Source: a virus (lineage: Duplodnaviria; Heunggongvirae; Uroviricota; Caudoviricetes). From it: a stretch of DNA of 64,000 nt. The DNA is taken from IMG/VR virus record IMGVR_UViG_3300027819_000008, positions 27,405 to 91,404 of that record, one strand, 5' to 3'. Numbering within the stretch: the first letter of the stretch is position 1; every line of letters starts with the position of its first letter. The notes under the pieces were generated by a model. That model was not told the origin of the DNA. It worked only from the letters and a program-made list of their open reading frames with translations, and searched no databases. The position numbers were made by a program, and so were the translations under genes. This document shows, piece by piece, positions 24,505-32,468 of this stretch.

Positions 24505-24932
24505 TCCGGGACTCCGCGTAGCATCCGCTCCACGAGCGAGCGCGCCCTGAGGATGTTGGCCGAGTCGTTCCACAGGCGGCTGCGGCCGGACGGGTGCGGC
24601 AGCATCACCGCCTGAAAGTCCGGGTCCACGCTCACGACCGCGAACGGTTGAAACGACTTGGGTAAGAATGCGTCGGCCACCTTGGCCCCGAGGAGGATCA
24701 GCGGCCGCGGGGTCCGGCGCAGGATCTTGGACGCAGCCTCACGCGCCTGGCGCGTCGACCACGCGCCGAGGCAGAGGTTCACCCGGTCGAACGCGCGCAG
24801 GTACTCGCGCTGCCCCATGTCGAGGATCAGGTGGCAGAGCCGGTGGCCGGCGCAGCCGGGCGGGTCGGGCCACAGCGCGTACTGTGGGTCCGGCCCATAG
24901 GGATTGACCTCGCCGACGAGGAGCGGCCTCAC
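24501..24932 (-). CDS. UDG-superfamily-like protein
   Basis: VGEVNPYG (GExPG-like motif A) and LPHPSGRSRLWN (HPS-like motif B). GTG start overlaps the stop of the 56-aa gene. Confidence 0.4.
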   Translation of the reverse strand: MRPLLVGEVNPYGPDPQYALWPDPPGCAGHRLCHLILDMGQREYLRAFDRVNLCLGAWSTRQAREAASKILRRTPRPLILLGAKVADAFLPKSFQPFAVVSVDPDFQAVMLPHPSGRSRLWNDSANILRARSLVERMLRGVPE

Positions 24933-25099
24933 TTCTTACCTCGCAGCTGGTCGTGCTTGTCCAGCATGGCCTGCAGCTCGTGCGGCGTCTGCGCCGCGTA
25001 GGTGATGCCGTCGCGGGCAGCCACCTTCGTCGGGGGCCCGAGGTACTCGTCAGGCTGCGCCCACCAGGCCGGAGTGTTCGTGTGCTTGCGTCGGCTCAT
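24929..25099 (-). CDS. hypothetical small protein (56 aa; below the ORF-track length cut-off)
   Basis: ATG with an AAGGGAG Shine-Dalgarno site 7 nt upstream, 2 nt after the dnaB TAG. Its TGA overlaps the next GTG. Open frame verified codon by codon (MSRRKHTNTPAWWAQPDEYLGPPTK...). Confidence 0.45.
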   Translation of the reverse strand: MSRRKHTNTPAWWAQPDEYLGPPTKVAARDGITYAAQTPHELQAMLDKHDQLRGKK

Positions 25100-25101
25100 C
25101 G

Positions 25102-26460
25102 CTACTCCCTTGTATCCGCGCCGTCCCCCTCCGCCTGCGGAAGGTCAGCCACGGGGGTGATGGTCATGCGACCGAGATCCACCGCGTACATCCCGCACGA
25201 GCGCTCGTCCTCCTCCTCGCGGAGCGCGGCCGCGTAGAGCCGCCGCATGCGGGCCGCACGGAGCTCCGCGTCCGCGCAGATGGCGATGGCGCCGTCCAGC
25301 ACCGCGATGACCTCGAAGGCCTCCGCGATGTCGGTCTTCCGGATGAACTTCTTGTCCACCGACGCGCGGTTGACGAGCGCGGCCGACCACACGACCACGC
25401 CCTCATTCTTGGCCAGCGCGCTGATCTCCCGCGAGGTGCGCGCGAGCTCGTGCCGCTTTTCCCGCTCGTTGCGGGAGGACCCCATGATGTTGAGGTAGTC
25501 CAGCACGGCCACGTCCACGCGCCCCCCGCGCTTGCGAATCTTCTCTATCCACCGGGCGGCCTCCGCGCACGCGTTGCTCTGCTGCGGGGTGGACTCCCAC
25601 ACGTAGAGCTCCCCACCACCCGCGGCCCGCAGCCCGCGGATCGCGCGGTCCAGGAGCATCGGGTTGTCCTGCAGCTCCTGCTTCGTGGCCTTGGCGAGCG
25701 AGCGGTCCGCGCGGTACAGCACGCGCTTCGCGCGCATCTCGTAGGAGACCATAAAGGCCCCGAAGCGGCGGCGCACGGCCCCGAGCGCGGTGGTCAGCTC
25801 GAACGTGGTCTTCGCACCCTTTGGTGGGGCCAGGAAGTAGTACGACTCCCCAATGCGTGGGCCCCCGGACAGGGCCTCGTCCAGTCCCAGGAGGCCGGTC
25901 GGAATCCGCTGGCCCCCCTGGTCGTCCGACCCCCACTCCCGGATGCGGTCGGCGGACCCCCCGACGAGCTGCTCCACCTCCGCGGCCGTGCCGGGCTCGT
26001 GCGACGCGAGCTCCTCCTCCACGTACTTCCGGACCACCCCGTAGTCGCGGTCCGGGTGCTCCAGCATCTGCGCGGCCTGCACGAGCGCGCGCGAGTACCG
26101 CTGATACATGGCCCAGTCCCGAATCTGCTGCTCCGCGAACCCGTGATCCTCAGGCAGGGGGACGGCCGACACGGCCTCCCACTCGGCCAGCAGCAGCGTC
26201 CGCTCCTGCGCAGTGACGCGCGCGGCGTCGCGCCGCACGAGCTCGTCGATCGCCGCGGTCCCGGGCGGGGTCCGGTGGGCCTCCCAGTACTTGACGACCT
26301 GCTCCGCGATGCGCTGGCGCGGCGGGCGCAGCTGGGCGGACCCGAGCCCCCCGAACATCTCCGCGCTCAGCGCCCCGGGGATGCGCGCCGGCCAGTCGCG
26401 TTGGACCGCCAGCGCGAGCACGAGCTGCTGGAAGCGCTCGCTCCAGGTCGGGGCGGCCAC
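25102..26460 (-). CDS. DnaB-family replicative helicase
   Basis: Walker A APPKGAKT, VDVAVLDYLNIMG (like DnaB LIVIDYLQLM) and ISALAKNEGVVVWSAALVNRA. GTG at 26460 with a GGAGG Shine-Dalgarno site 9 nt upstream; the track N-terminus is junk. Confidence 0.8.
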   Translation of the reverse strand: MAAPTWSERFQQLVLALAVQRDWPARIPGALSAEMFGGLGSAQLRPPRQRIAEQVVKYWEAHRTPPGTAAIDELVRRDAARVTAQERTLLLAEWEAVSAVPLPEDHGFAEQQIRDWAMYQRYSRALVQAAQMLEHPDRDYGVVRKYVEEELASHEPGTAAEVEQLVGGSADRIREWGSDDQGGQRIPTGLLGLDEALSGGPRIGESYYFLAPPKGAKTTFELTTALGAVRRRFGAFMVSYEMRAKRVLYRADRSLAKATKQELQDNPMLLDRAIRGLRAAGGGELYVWESTPQQSNACAEAARWIEKIRKRGGRVDVAVLDYLNIMGSSRNEREKRHELARTSREISALAKNEGVVVWSAALVNRASVDKKFIRKTDIAEAFEVIAVLDGAIAICADAELRAARMRRLYAAALREEEDERSCGMYAVDLGRMTITPVADLPQAEGDGADTRE

Positions 26461-26461
26461 C

Positions 26462-26791
26462 CTACGAAACCTCCACGCCATGCGCGGCGCAGTAAGGATC
26501 GTACGCGCCAGCGCAGGCGCACCGGGACCGCTTCGGCGACCGCCGACGCGCGTAGTAGAGCATCTGCCCGGCCCACACGGTGTTCGCCAGCGTGATGGAG
26601 ATCCCACCGAGGAAGCTGAGCCACTGACCGAGGTGGGGGTAGTACGCGAGGTGCCAGAAACCCCACGCCATGAAGAACGCGGTCGGCCCGACCCGAACGC
26701 CGCGCACCTGCTTGTCCCGGTACAGCGCGACGACGTTGGTCCAGATCATGACCGACCCGACGAATTCAAACAGGCTGTTGATCAGGTCCAC
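26462..26791 (-). CDS. small membrane protein
   Basis: Hydrophobic helices; aromatic-rich, non-junk composition. Confidence 0.4.
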   Translation of the reverse strand: MDLINSLFEFVGSVMIWTNVVALYRDKQVRGVRVGPTAFFMAWGFWHLAYYPHLGQWLSFLGGISITLANTVWAGQMLYYARRRSPKRSRCACAGAYDPYCAAHGVEVS

Positions 26792-26795
26792 GTGT

Positions 26796-27512
26796 TTACA
26801 GTCGCCTCCTCAGCGACGGGCCGCTCACCTGCACCAGGCGGAAGTGCGCGGGGTCCAGCAGCCGGTCCGCGCAGCGCTCCCCGAACCGCTGGGGAAACGC
26901 GCTCACCGGTGCGTTCACGGTCACGATCAGGTGGCGGCCGAGCTCCGGCCACCGCAGCAGCCTCAGCACGACGGCCTCCTTCCAGTCCCCGGCCGCGTCC
27001 ACGTCCAGGTCATCCACGGCCAGGGCTACCACGCGCTCGCGCAGCTCGTTGAGCAGCTCGACCTCCACGTCAGCCTCCCCGCCGCGGACCCTCCACGCCG
27101 TGCGCAGCCGGTCGCGCAGGTCGGCCCACGTCTCGAACCACACGGGGGCCGGCCGGCGGCGGAGGCGCCCGGAGGTCACCTCGGCCTCATACCCCGGCGA
27201 GGTGACGACGTTCCACAGCCCGCGGTCCCCGTGACCCCGGCAGGCCATGACGCGCACGGCGCACGCCGCGAGCCCACTCTTGCCGAGGCCGGTCGATCCC
27301 TGCAGCACCAGACCCCGGGGACCGGAGCTCAGCGGACTCCTCACCGCATCAGCCCACTCCTGTACGGCGTCCCGCACTCTGGCCGCGCCGGGGAACCCGT
27401 CGAACCGGTACGCGCGCATGGCCTCCGGCAGGTTGGTCGCGGCCACCCGCGCCTGCCGCGTGTTGTGCGCGAGGGTCAGGGACTCGAGGTCATCCAGCTG
27501 GTGGTCCGTCAT
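26796..27512 (-). CDS. DnaC/IstB-like AAA+ helicase loader
   Basis: Walker A LQGSTGLGKSGLA and Walker B LAVDDLDVD. ATGA overlap with the initiator gene. Confidence 0.65.
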   Translation of the reverse strand: MTDHQLDDLESLTLAHNTRQARVAATNLPEAMRAYRFDGFPGAARVRDAVQEWADAVRSPLSSGPRGLVLQGSTGLGKSGLAACAVRVMACRGHGDRGLWNVVTSPGYEAEVTSGRLRRRPAPVWFETWADLRDRLRTAWRVRGGEADVEVELLNELRERVVALAVDDLDVDAAGDWKEAVVLRLLRWPELGRHLIVTVNAPVSAFPQRFGERCADRLLDPAHFRLVQVSGPSLRRRL

Positions 27513-28354
27513 TCGGCCTCCTGGCGCCGCAGCATCTCGTCCACGCCCTCCTGCCAGTCCACCATGTCCTTGCCCGTGCGGTAAACGAGGTGGTTCGGCG
27601 CATCACCCGCGGACCGCGCAGCGGCTAGGTGGGCCGGAAACTTCAGGCCCCACATCCACAGCAGGTCCTTGAGTCCAGAGAAGCGCTGACCGGCGTCCCA
27701 CTGACTTCTCGCGTAGTCGGCCACGGCCAGGAGGTCATCGGGCGTGTACCCCTCCGCCAGGCGCTTGCGCATGAGGCCGAGAACCTTTGGTCCGTACGGC
27801 TCCGCAGTGGAGTTCGTGACTGAGAAGTTGATCCCCATCCGGCGCCGGGCTCGTTCCATCAGCGACACCTCCTCGTGGCGCTGCAAACTTCCGCGGGCCG
27901 TAGTCCCCGAAGGGGACTTACCATTTTCAGTAGACCCAACTATATATTTACTATATGCACTTGGAGAAACACGCCGCCCTCGTGGCGCGGGAATTAAGTC
28001 TTCATGGTTTTCCCAGCCGGTACCTGAAGACTTAGTTCCACCGTCCCCTCGTAGGCCGGGAACTAAGTCGTCGGACGTAGAAACACCCCCACGAGGGGAA
28101 CCGGGAACTAAGTCTTCTCGTGGAATTAAGTCTTCATGCCGGCCCGGACCCAGCCACGACTGCACCGGCAGGAGGGCCCACAGGCCGCGTAGCCTTGGCG
28201 CGATCAGCTTCAGGTCGGTCAATTCCCGACGGGCCGCGGTCACGTAGCGCGAGCCGAGTCCAGTGGCCTCCACCAGCTGCCCCAGCGTGCAGGGAAACGA
28301 GCCGTCTGGTTCCACGGTGACCCGACCGCGCAGCAGCCGCATGGCCCAGTACAC
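27509..28354 (-). CDS. replication initiator / replisome organizer (lambda O-like architecture; origin inside the gene)
   Basis: N-terminal winged HTH (FPCTLGQLVEATGLGSRYVTAARRELTDL). Internal peptide repeats (EDLIP/EDLVPG) are encoded by the iterons. C-terminal domain YTPDDLLAVADYARSQW. Confidence 0.55.
   Translation of the reverse strand: MYWAMRLLRGRVTVEPDGSFPCTLGQLVEATGLGSRYVTAARRELTDLKLIAPRLRGLWALLPVQSWLGPGRHEDLIPREDLVPGSPRGGVSTSDDLVPGLRGDGGTKSSGTGWENHEDLIPAPRGRRVSPSAYSKYIVGSTENGKSPSGTTARGSLQRHEEVSLMERARRRMGINFSVTNSTAEPYGPKVLGLMRKRLAEGYTPDDLLAVADYARSQWDAGQRFSGLKDLLWMWGLKFPAHLAAARSAGDAPNHLVYRTGKDMVDWQEGVDEMLRRQEAE
27921..28135. promoter_or_regulatory. putative origin of replication: palindrome + AT-rich unwinding element + 4 direct and 1 inverted 14-bp iterons (GGAAYTAAGTCKTC)
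   Basis: Palindrome GTCCCCGAAGGGGAC at 27903-27917, outside this interval. AT-rich tract ccattttcagtagacccaactatatatttactatatgcac. Direct iterons at 27989, 28058, 28103 and 28122; inverted copy at 28027. Confidence 0.55.
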
Positions 28355-28391
28355 CCGCAGCCCGCGGTCGCTGATGGTCTGCAGGAGGGAC

Positions 28392-31103
28392 CTACTGCGG
28401 GCCAGGGACGGCTCCGACCAGGGCGTGACCCTGCTCGCGGTACAGGCGCACGCGCTCCAGGGTGTGGAGCGCGAGGTGGTCCTTGTCCGGTCGGTCGGTC
28501 GGGGCGCCCCCGTCGGCGAAGTCGTACACGTCCACGGTGGTCTTGTCCGCGCGCGGGCGCAGCGCCCGGCCCAGGGCCTGCAGCGTGTCCACCTCGGACT
28601 TCCCCCCGGCCGCGTTCACGAACGCATCTATCTCCGGCAGGTCCACCCCCTCGCGGAAGAACGGGGTCGCGATGAGGAGCGCCCCGGTCGTAGCAGCCCG
28701 GAACGCCCCGAGCACGGCCTCGGCCCGCCCGGTCCCGACGTCGTCCCGGTCCAGCTGCCAGCACGGGTACTGCCGGGACACCGCGGACCACCAGTCGTGC
28801 AGGGCGCGGGCGTGCTCCACGATGCGGCACAGGACGAGGACCCGGTGGCCCTGCTTGGCGTGGTGCATCGCGATGCGCAGCACCCGCGCGTTCCGCTCCC
28901 GGTTGGTGGTGATCCCCCGCTCGTAGAAGGTGCCGTACAGCTGACTCCCCATCGTCTGCAGCCGGCGCGGGTCCCTCTTCCAGTCCGGGAGCACGATCTC
29001 GCGGACGTCCTCGTAGGACGGGTAACTCGAGGCCGGCGGACGCACGAAGCGGATGGTCGCGCGCGCCAGGTAGCCCTGCTGCGTCAGCGCGGTCGTGTCC
29101 GTCAGCACCACGATCGGGCCAAGCGCCCCCTCCATGTGCAGAGCGCGGACGGGGTCCTTGATGTTGACCGCGGTGCCCGACAGCCCGAGGCGGGTGCGCG
29201 CGCCGACGCACGCCTTGGCCACCGCGAGCCACGTCGCCGCGCTCGCGTGGTGGCAGTTATGTACTATGAGTCCCAAGCCTACGATGTAGGTGTGGGCGCG
29301 CTCGACTTCAAGGTTGTAGACGTAACCGTCTGGACACACGCCTCCAAATGTTCCATCACGTCCCGGTTCGAGAACCTCAACACTGTCCACCCGGCGCCTT
29401 TCAGGAAGTCTTCTTTCCGCTTGTCCCGGGCCCGTACCATCCGCGATCCGTGGCTCCCGCCGTCCACTTCTATCGCGATCTTCTCGGCTTTGTTCGCCAC
29501 ATCCACCTTGTAATGACTGGGGAGCCCCCTGAAAGCCGGACGCCGCCCCGTAGACACGACGACTTCCACTGGCCAACCTAATGCGTTGGCAAGTGCTTGC
29601 TGGGCAGCGGGGATCGGTTTCCCGTTGCCCCCTTGCGTCCGCGGCTTGTGGCCCATTGCTCGCAAGGTGGAGGAAACTTTCGCCCGCGACGTTGGGGACC
29701 TCATTGGGTTGTGCACCCGCATTCGTTGGGAGGCGCAACGTCGGTTCGTCGCGGCCATCGTTCTTGACGAGAGCTGTGCACACCACAGGCGCCGACACCG
29801 CTCGCTGCAATAGGCGCGTCTCACTGAGCGCCAAAGGTGCCGGGTTCCCTTGGTTGTGACTTTGGTCAACTCGCCACACCACGTGCACGTTACTTGAATC
29901 TCCGTCGGCCCCCACAGGCGGCGAGCCAGAGCCTTGAATTTCGCTGAAGCTTCCAGCTTGGCCTGCGTTGTTCGACACGTCGCGGAGCAGTATGCACGGG
30001 CCGATCTTCTGTAAAGCTTTCTCGCTACAGGTGTTTCCACCCGCGTTGCTTTCTGACATGTCGTGCACGGAACTTCTAATGGTACTGTCATGGTGCGTCC
30101 AGCATAACACAACGGACCCGGCGCAAAGTTTACCCGCAGCTACCCAGCCAGTTTCCGTCAAGATTGGGTGGTTCGGAGTGCAGACTATCTTTTCCCCGGA
30201 GACTGTGAGTCGTACCAAGCTTAAAGCGCGACTCCGCATGGTGTGAGTAACTTTGGCCATGACGTAACTGTCCTGGTACCACGCGGGGACAACGTCCCCC
30301 ACCTGAATAGATGAGATGGGTACATTGCCAACCATGGTGGACCCTGGAAAGCACTCGTCCTCTATCAGCATGTCGAAGTCCCGGAAGTACGGCGCGGTCA
30401 CCGAGTTCTTCAGCGAGGCCGTGAGCCCGACGGTGACCTCCCCCAGCTGGAACTCCCCGTCCCCGACCACGCCGAGGGTGACGGTCGGGAGGGACTCGCG
30501 CAGCTGGTCCAGCGTCTGCCGGAGCAGCGCCTGCGTCGGGACCACCCACAGCACGCACCCGCCGTGCTGGCGGGCCATCTCCACCCCGATCTTGGTCTTG
30601 CCGCCGCCGGTCGGGCACTGCAGGATCAGGCGGGGGACCGGCAGCGTCCGGAAGAGCTGGAAGGCCTGCAGCTGGTACGGGCGCCACTCTATGGTGGTGG
30701 GTGGTGCGAGTGGGAGTCGCTGCTGCGCGGTCTCCCGGGGCTCCACGAGGGCCACCCGGTACTTGTGCTCCTGCAGCACGCGCTGGACGCGCGCGAGGAG
30801 GCCGGTCTCAAACGAGTTGCCGGGTCGGCGCAGGAACTTGGTGCTGCCGTCCCAGCCAAACTTGGAGGCCCGGCTGTACTTGGCCTTCGGGTTCTTGACG
30901 GACAGTGCGGTGCTGACGAGCTCCACGGCCTCGTCGGGCCCGGTCAGGACCGAGCGCACGACGCCGACCCGGATCGTGCAGTCCGCGGTGTCCACGTCCC
31001 CTATATCCTGCGAGGTGGGTTGTATGGCGCGCACCGAACGCGCTACCATAGGGACCTCACCGTGCCTCTGGGTTAGCTGCAGCGCCCCGGGTCCGGCGGC
31101 CAC
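28392..31103 (-). CDS. SF2 DECH-box DNA helicase (ResIII/XPB-like) interrupted by an intein
   Basis: Walker A ILQCPTGGGKT. Motif II DE|CH is split by the intein (LIEDE + intein + CHHAS). Motif VI is QALGRALRP. GTG at 31103; an alternative ATG lies at 31049. Confidence 0.8.
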   Translation of the reverse strand: MAAGPGALQLTQRHGEVPMVARSVRAIQPTSQDIGDVDTADCTIRVGVVRSVLTGPDEAVELVSTALSVKNPKAKYSRASKFGWDGSTKFLRRPGNSFETGLLARVQRVLQEHKYRVALVEPRETAQQRLPLAPPTTIEWRPYQLQAFQLFRTLPVPRLILQCPTGGGKTKIGVEMARQHGGCVLWVVPTQALLRQTLDQLRESLPTVTLGVVGDGEFQLGEVTVGLTASLKNSVTAPYFRDFDMLIEDECFPGSTMVGNVPISSIQVGDVVPAWYQDSYVMAKVTHTMRSRALSLVRLTVSGEKIVCTPNHPILTETGWVAAGKLCAGSVVLCWTHHDSTIRSSVHDMSESNAGGNTCSEKALQKIGPCILLRDVSNNAGQAGSFSEIQGSGSPPVGADGDSSNVHVVWRVDQSHNQGNPAPLALSETRLLQRAVSAPVVCTALVKNDGRDEPTLRLPTNAGAQPNEVPNVAGESFLHLASNGPQAADARGQRETDPRCPASTCQRIRLASGSRRVYGAASGFQGAPQSLQGGCGEQSREDRDRSGRREPRIADGTGPGQAERRLPERRRVDSVEVLEPGRDGTFGGVCPDGYVYNLEVERAHTYIVGLGLIVHNCHHASAATWLAVAKACVGARTRLGLSGTAVNIKDPVRALHMEGALGPIVVLTDTTALTQQGYLARATIRFVRPPASSYPSYEDVREIVLPDWKRDPRRLQTMGSQLYGTFYERGITTNRERNARVLRIAMHHAKQGHRVLVLCRIVEHARALHDWWSAVSRQYPCWQLDRDDVGTGRAEAVLGAFRAATTGALLIATPFFREGVDLPEIDAFVNAAGGKSEVDTLQALGRALRPRADKTTVDVYDFADGGAPTDRPDKDHLALHTLERVRLYREQGHALVGAVPGPQ
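29256..30353 (-). mobile_element. intein (366 aa) in helicase motif II
   Basis: Block A CFPGSTMV, block B GEKIVCTPNHPILT, block F VYNLEVERAHTY, block G IVGLGLIVHN followed by extein Cys. The central ~250 in-frame aa are low-complexity. The surrounding region has lower GC. Confidence 0.75.
29279..30112 (-). CDS. DUF559/Vsr-like (PD-(D/E)xK) endonuclease with two zinc ribbons, nested in the +1 frame inside the intein
   Basis: Two CxxC...YCSxxC repeats. C-terminal region HYKVDVANKAEKIAIEVDGGSHGSRMVRARDKRKEDFLKGAGWTVLRFSNRDV matches the DUF559 core. The frame differs from the intein frame. Confidence 0.65.
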   Translation of the reverse strand: MCYAGRTMTVPLEVPCTTCQKATRVETPVARKLYRRSARAYCSATCRTTQAKLEASAKFKALARRLWGPTEIQVTCTWCGELTKVTTKGTRHLWRSVRRAYCSERCRRLWCAQLSSRTMAATNRRCASQRMRVHNPMRSPTSRAKVSSTLRAMGHKPRTQGGNGKPIPAAQQALANALGWPVEVVVSTGRRPAFRGLPSHYKVDVANKAEKIAIEVDGGSHGSRMVRARDKRKEDFLKGAGWTVLRFSNRDVMEHLEACVQTVTSTTLKSSAPTPTS

Positions 31104-31134
31104 ACACCGCCGGACCCATTCCCCTCACCGGCCG

Positions 31135-31524
31135 TCACAGGCAGGTCGCCGTGTGGCCCTCGACGCGAACCCCTCTGGGGCAGCGAAGCTCGGAGCCGCC
31201 TGCGCTACTCGGCACCTCCGCGAGAGTTCCCCGCTTTTCATTCATGCAGCGCTCGAAGTCTGGACCCTTGGCTGCACCAGTCTCCCTTGCGCAAACCGCT
31301 CGCTGCTGTACGTTGTGGTAGAACGGAATCGCGATCGCGGCCAGGATGCCGATGATCGCGGCGACGATCAGCAGCTCCACTAGCGTGAAGTCCTTCGGCC
31401 GCCACTTATCGTCGCGGAAGGCCCACCGCAGGTAGCTCGCGATGGCCCGCCCCGCCGCCCGGAACAGCGGCGCGGCGAGCACGAGAACGACCGCGAGGAT
31501 TACGACGATGGCCACAGCGCGCAC
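31135..31524 (-). CDS. prepilin-type N-terminal cleavage/methylation-domain (type IV pilin-like) protein
   Basis: KDFTLVELLIVAAIIGILAAIAIPFY matches the type IV pilin N-terminal helix. GTG start with an AAGGAG Shine-Dalgarno site 5 nt after the SPFH stop. Unusually long hydrophobic leader. Confidence 0.4.
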   Translation of the reverse strand: MRAVAIVVILAVVLVLAAPLFRAAGRAIASYLRWAFRDDKWRPKDFTLVELLIVAAIIGILAAIAIPFYHNVQQRAVCARETGAAKGPDFERCMNEKRGTLAEVPSSAGGSELRCPRGVRVEGHTATCL

Positions 31525-31529
31525 CCGGT

Positions 31530-32402
31530 CTACTCCTTCTTCGCGGGCGTCGGCATCGGGACCTGGAGCAGGACGCCGGCGGTGCCGCTGACGTGTGGAA
31601 CCTGCGAGCCCCCGGCCTTCCACGCCTCCACCGCCTGCTGCTGGACGAGGATCGGGGTCAGAGACGCGGAGACCTTGGCGTTGTACTCGGCCTGGGCCGT
31701 CCCCTTGGTCCGCAGCGCGTCGGCCTCGCCCTGGGCCTCGGCCCGGACGGCGTCGGCCTCGCCCTTGGCCTTGGCCGCTCGGGCGTCGGCCTGCTGGCGC
31801 ACCTGCTCCACCTTGTGGCGCTCCTGAAGGGCCTTCTGCTGCTCGATCTGCTTGTCCTCGACCGACTTCATGTAGGCGCCCGACGGGGCGAAGTTCACCA
31901 GCTTCACGCCGTTGTCCGCCACGATGATGTGGTATGGGAACACGCGCTCCTTCAGCGACTTGGTCACCTCGACCCGCAGCTTCTCGCGGTTCTGGATGAT
32001 CTCGTCCAGCGCGAAGTGCGCGGTCCCGGCCTTCAGCGAGTCGTCCAGCGCCGGCCCCAGGATGCGCTCCTTGTAGGCGTGACCGGCCTGGCCCTGCCCG
32101 AACATCTTGTGGCAGTTGGCCCCGTCCAGCGAGTAGTTGACCACGACGTCCGCGTGGACCTCCTGGATGTCGCGGGTCGCCGCCGCCATCTTCAGCTTCT
32201 GGAACGCCTGCTCCTGGACGCTGATGATGTCCATGTTTGTGCCGAACGGCTCGTACCAGTAGAGGCCCGGGCCGTAGCACTTGGCGTCCATCTCGCCCCA
32301 GCGGGAGAACACGGCGCTCTCCCCCTGGTCCACCTGCCCGCACGCGGCGCCGAGCACCAGCACCACGGCCAACATCATGAGCGTGAACAATCGCCTCACC
32401 AT
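31530..32402 (-). CDS. SPFH/band-7 (prohibitin/stomatin-like) membrane protein
   Basis: N-terminal TM segment plus SPFH domain plus a Gln/Ala/Glu-rich coiled coil. ATG at 32402 with an AAGGAG Shine-Dalgarno site. Confidence 0.75.
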   Translation of the reverse strand: MVRRLFTLMMLAVVLVLGAACGQVDQGESAVFSRWGEMDAKCYGPGLYWYEPFGTNMDIISVQEQAFQKLKMAAATRDIQEVHADVVVNYSLDGANCHKMFGQGQAGHAYKERILGPALDDSLKAGTAHFALDEIIQNREKLRVEVTKSLKERVFPYHIIVADNGVKLVNFAPSGAYMKSVEDKQIEQQKALQERHKVEQVRQQADARAAKAKGEADAVRAEAQGEADALRTKGTAQAEYNAKVSASLTPILVQQQAVEAWKAGGSQVPHVSGTAGVLLQVPMPTPAKKE

Positions 32403-32468
32403 CGCGCTCTCCTTTGAATGGGGGTTGTGAGAGGGGAAACACACACTAAGGGATATCCGTTCGGTTCC

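Noticed and set aside
31135-32442. 435-aa track ORF overlapping the SPFH gene
   Set aside because: Out-of-frame junk except for its last ~129 codons, which form the pilin-like gene 31135..31524.
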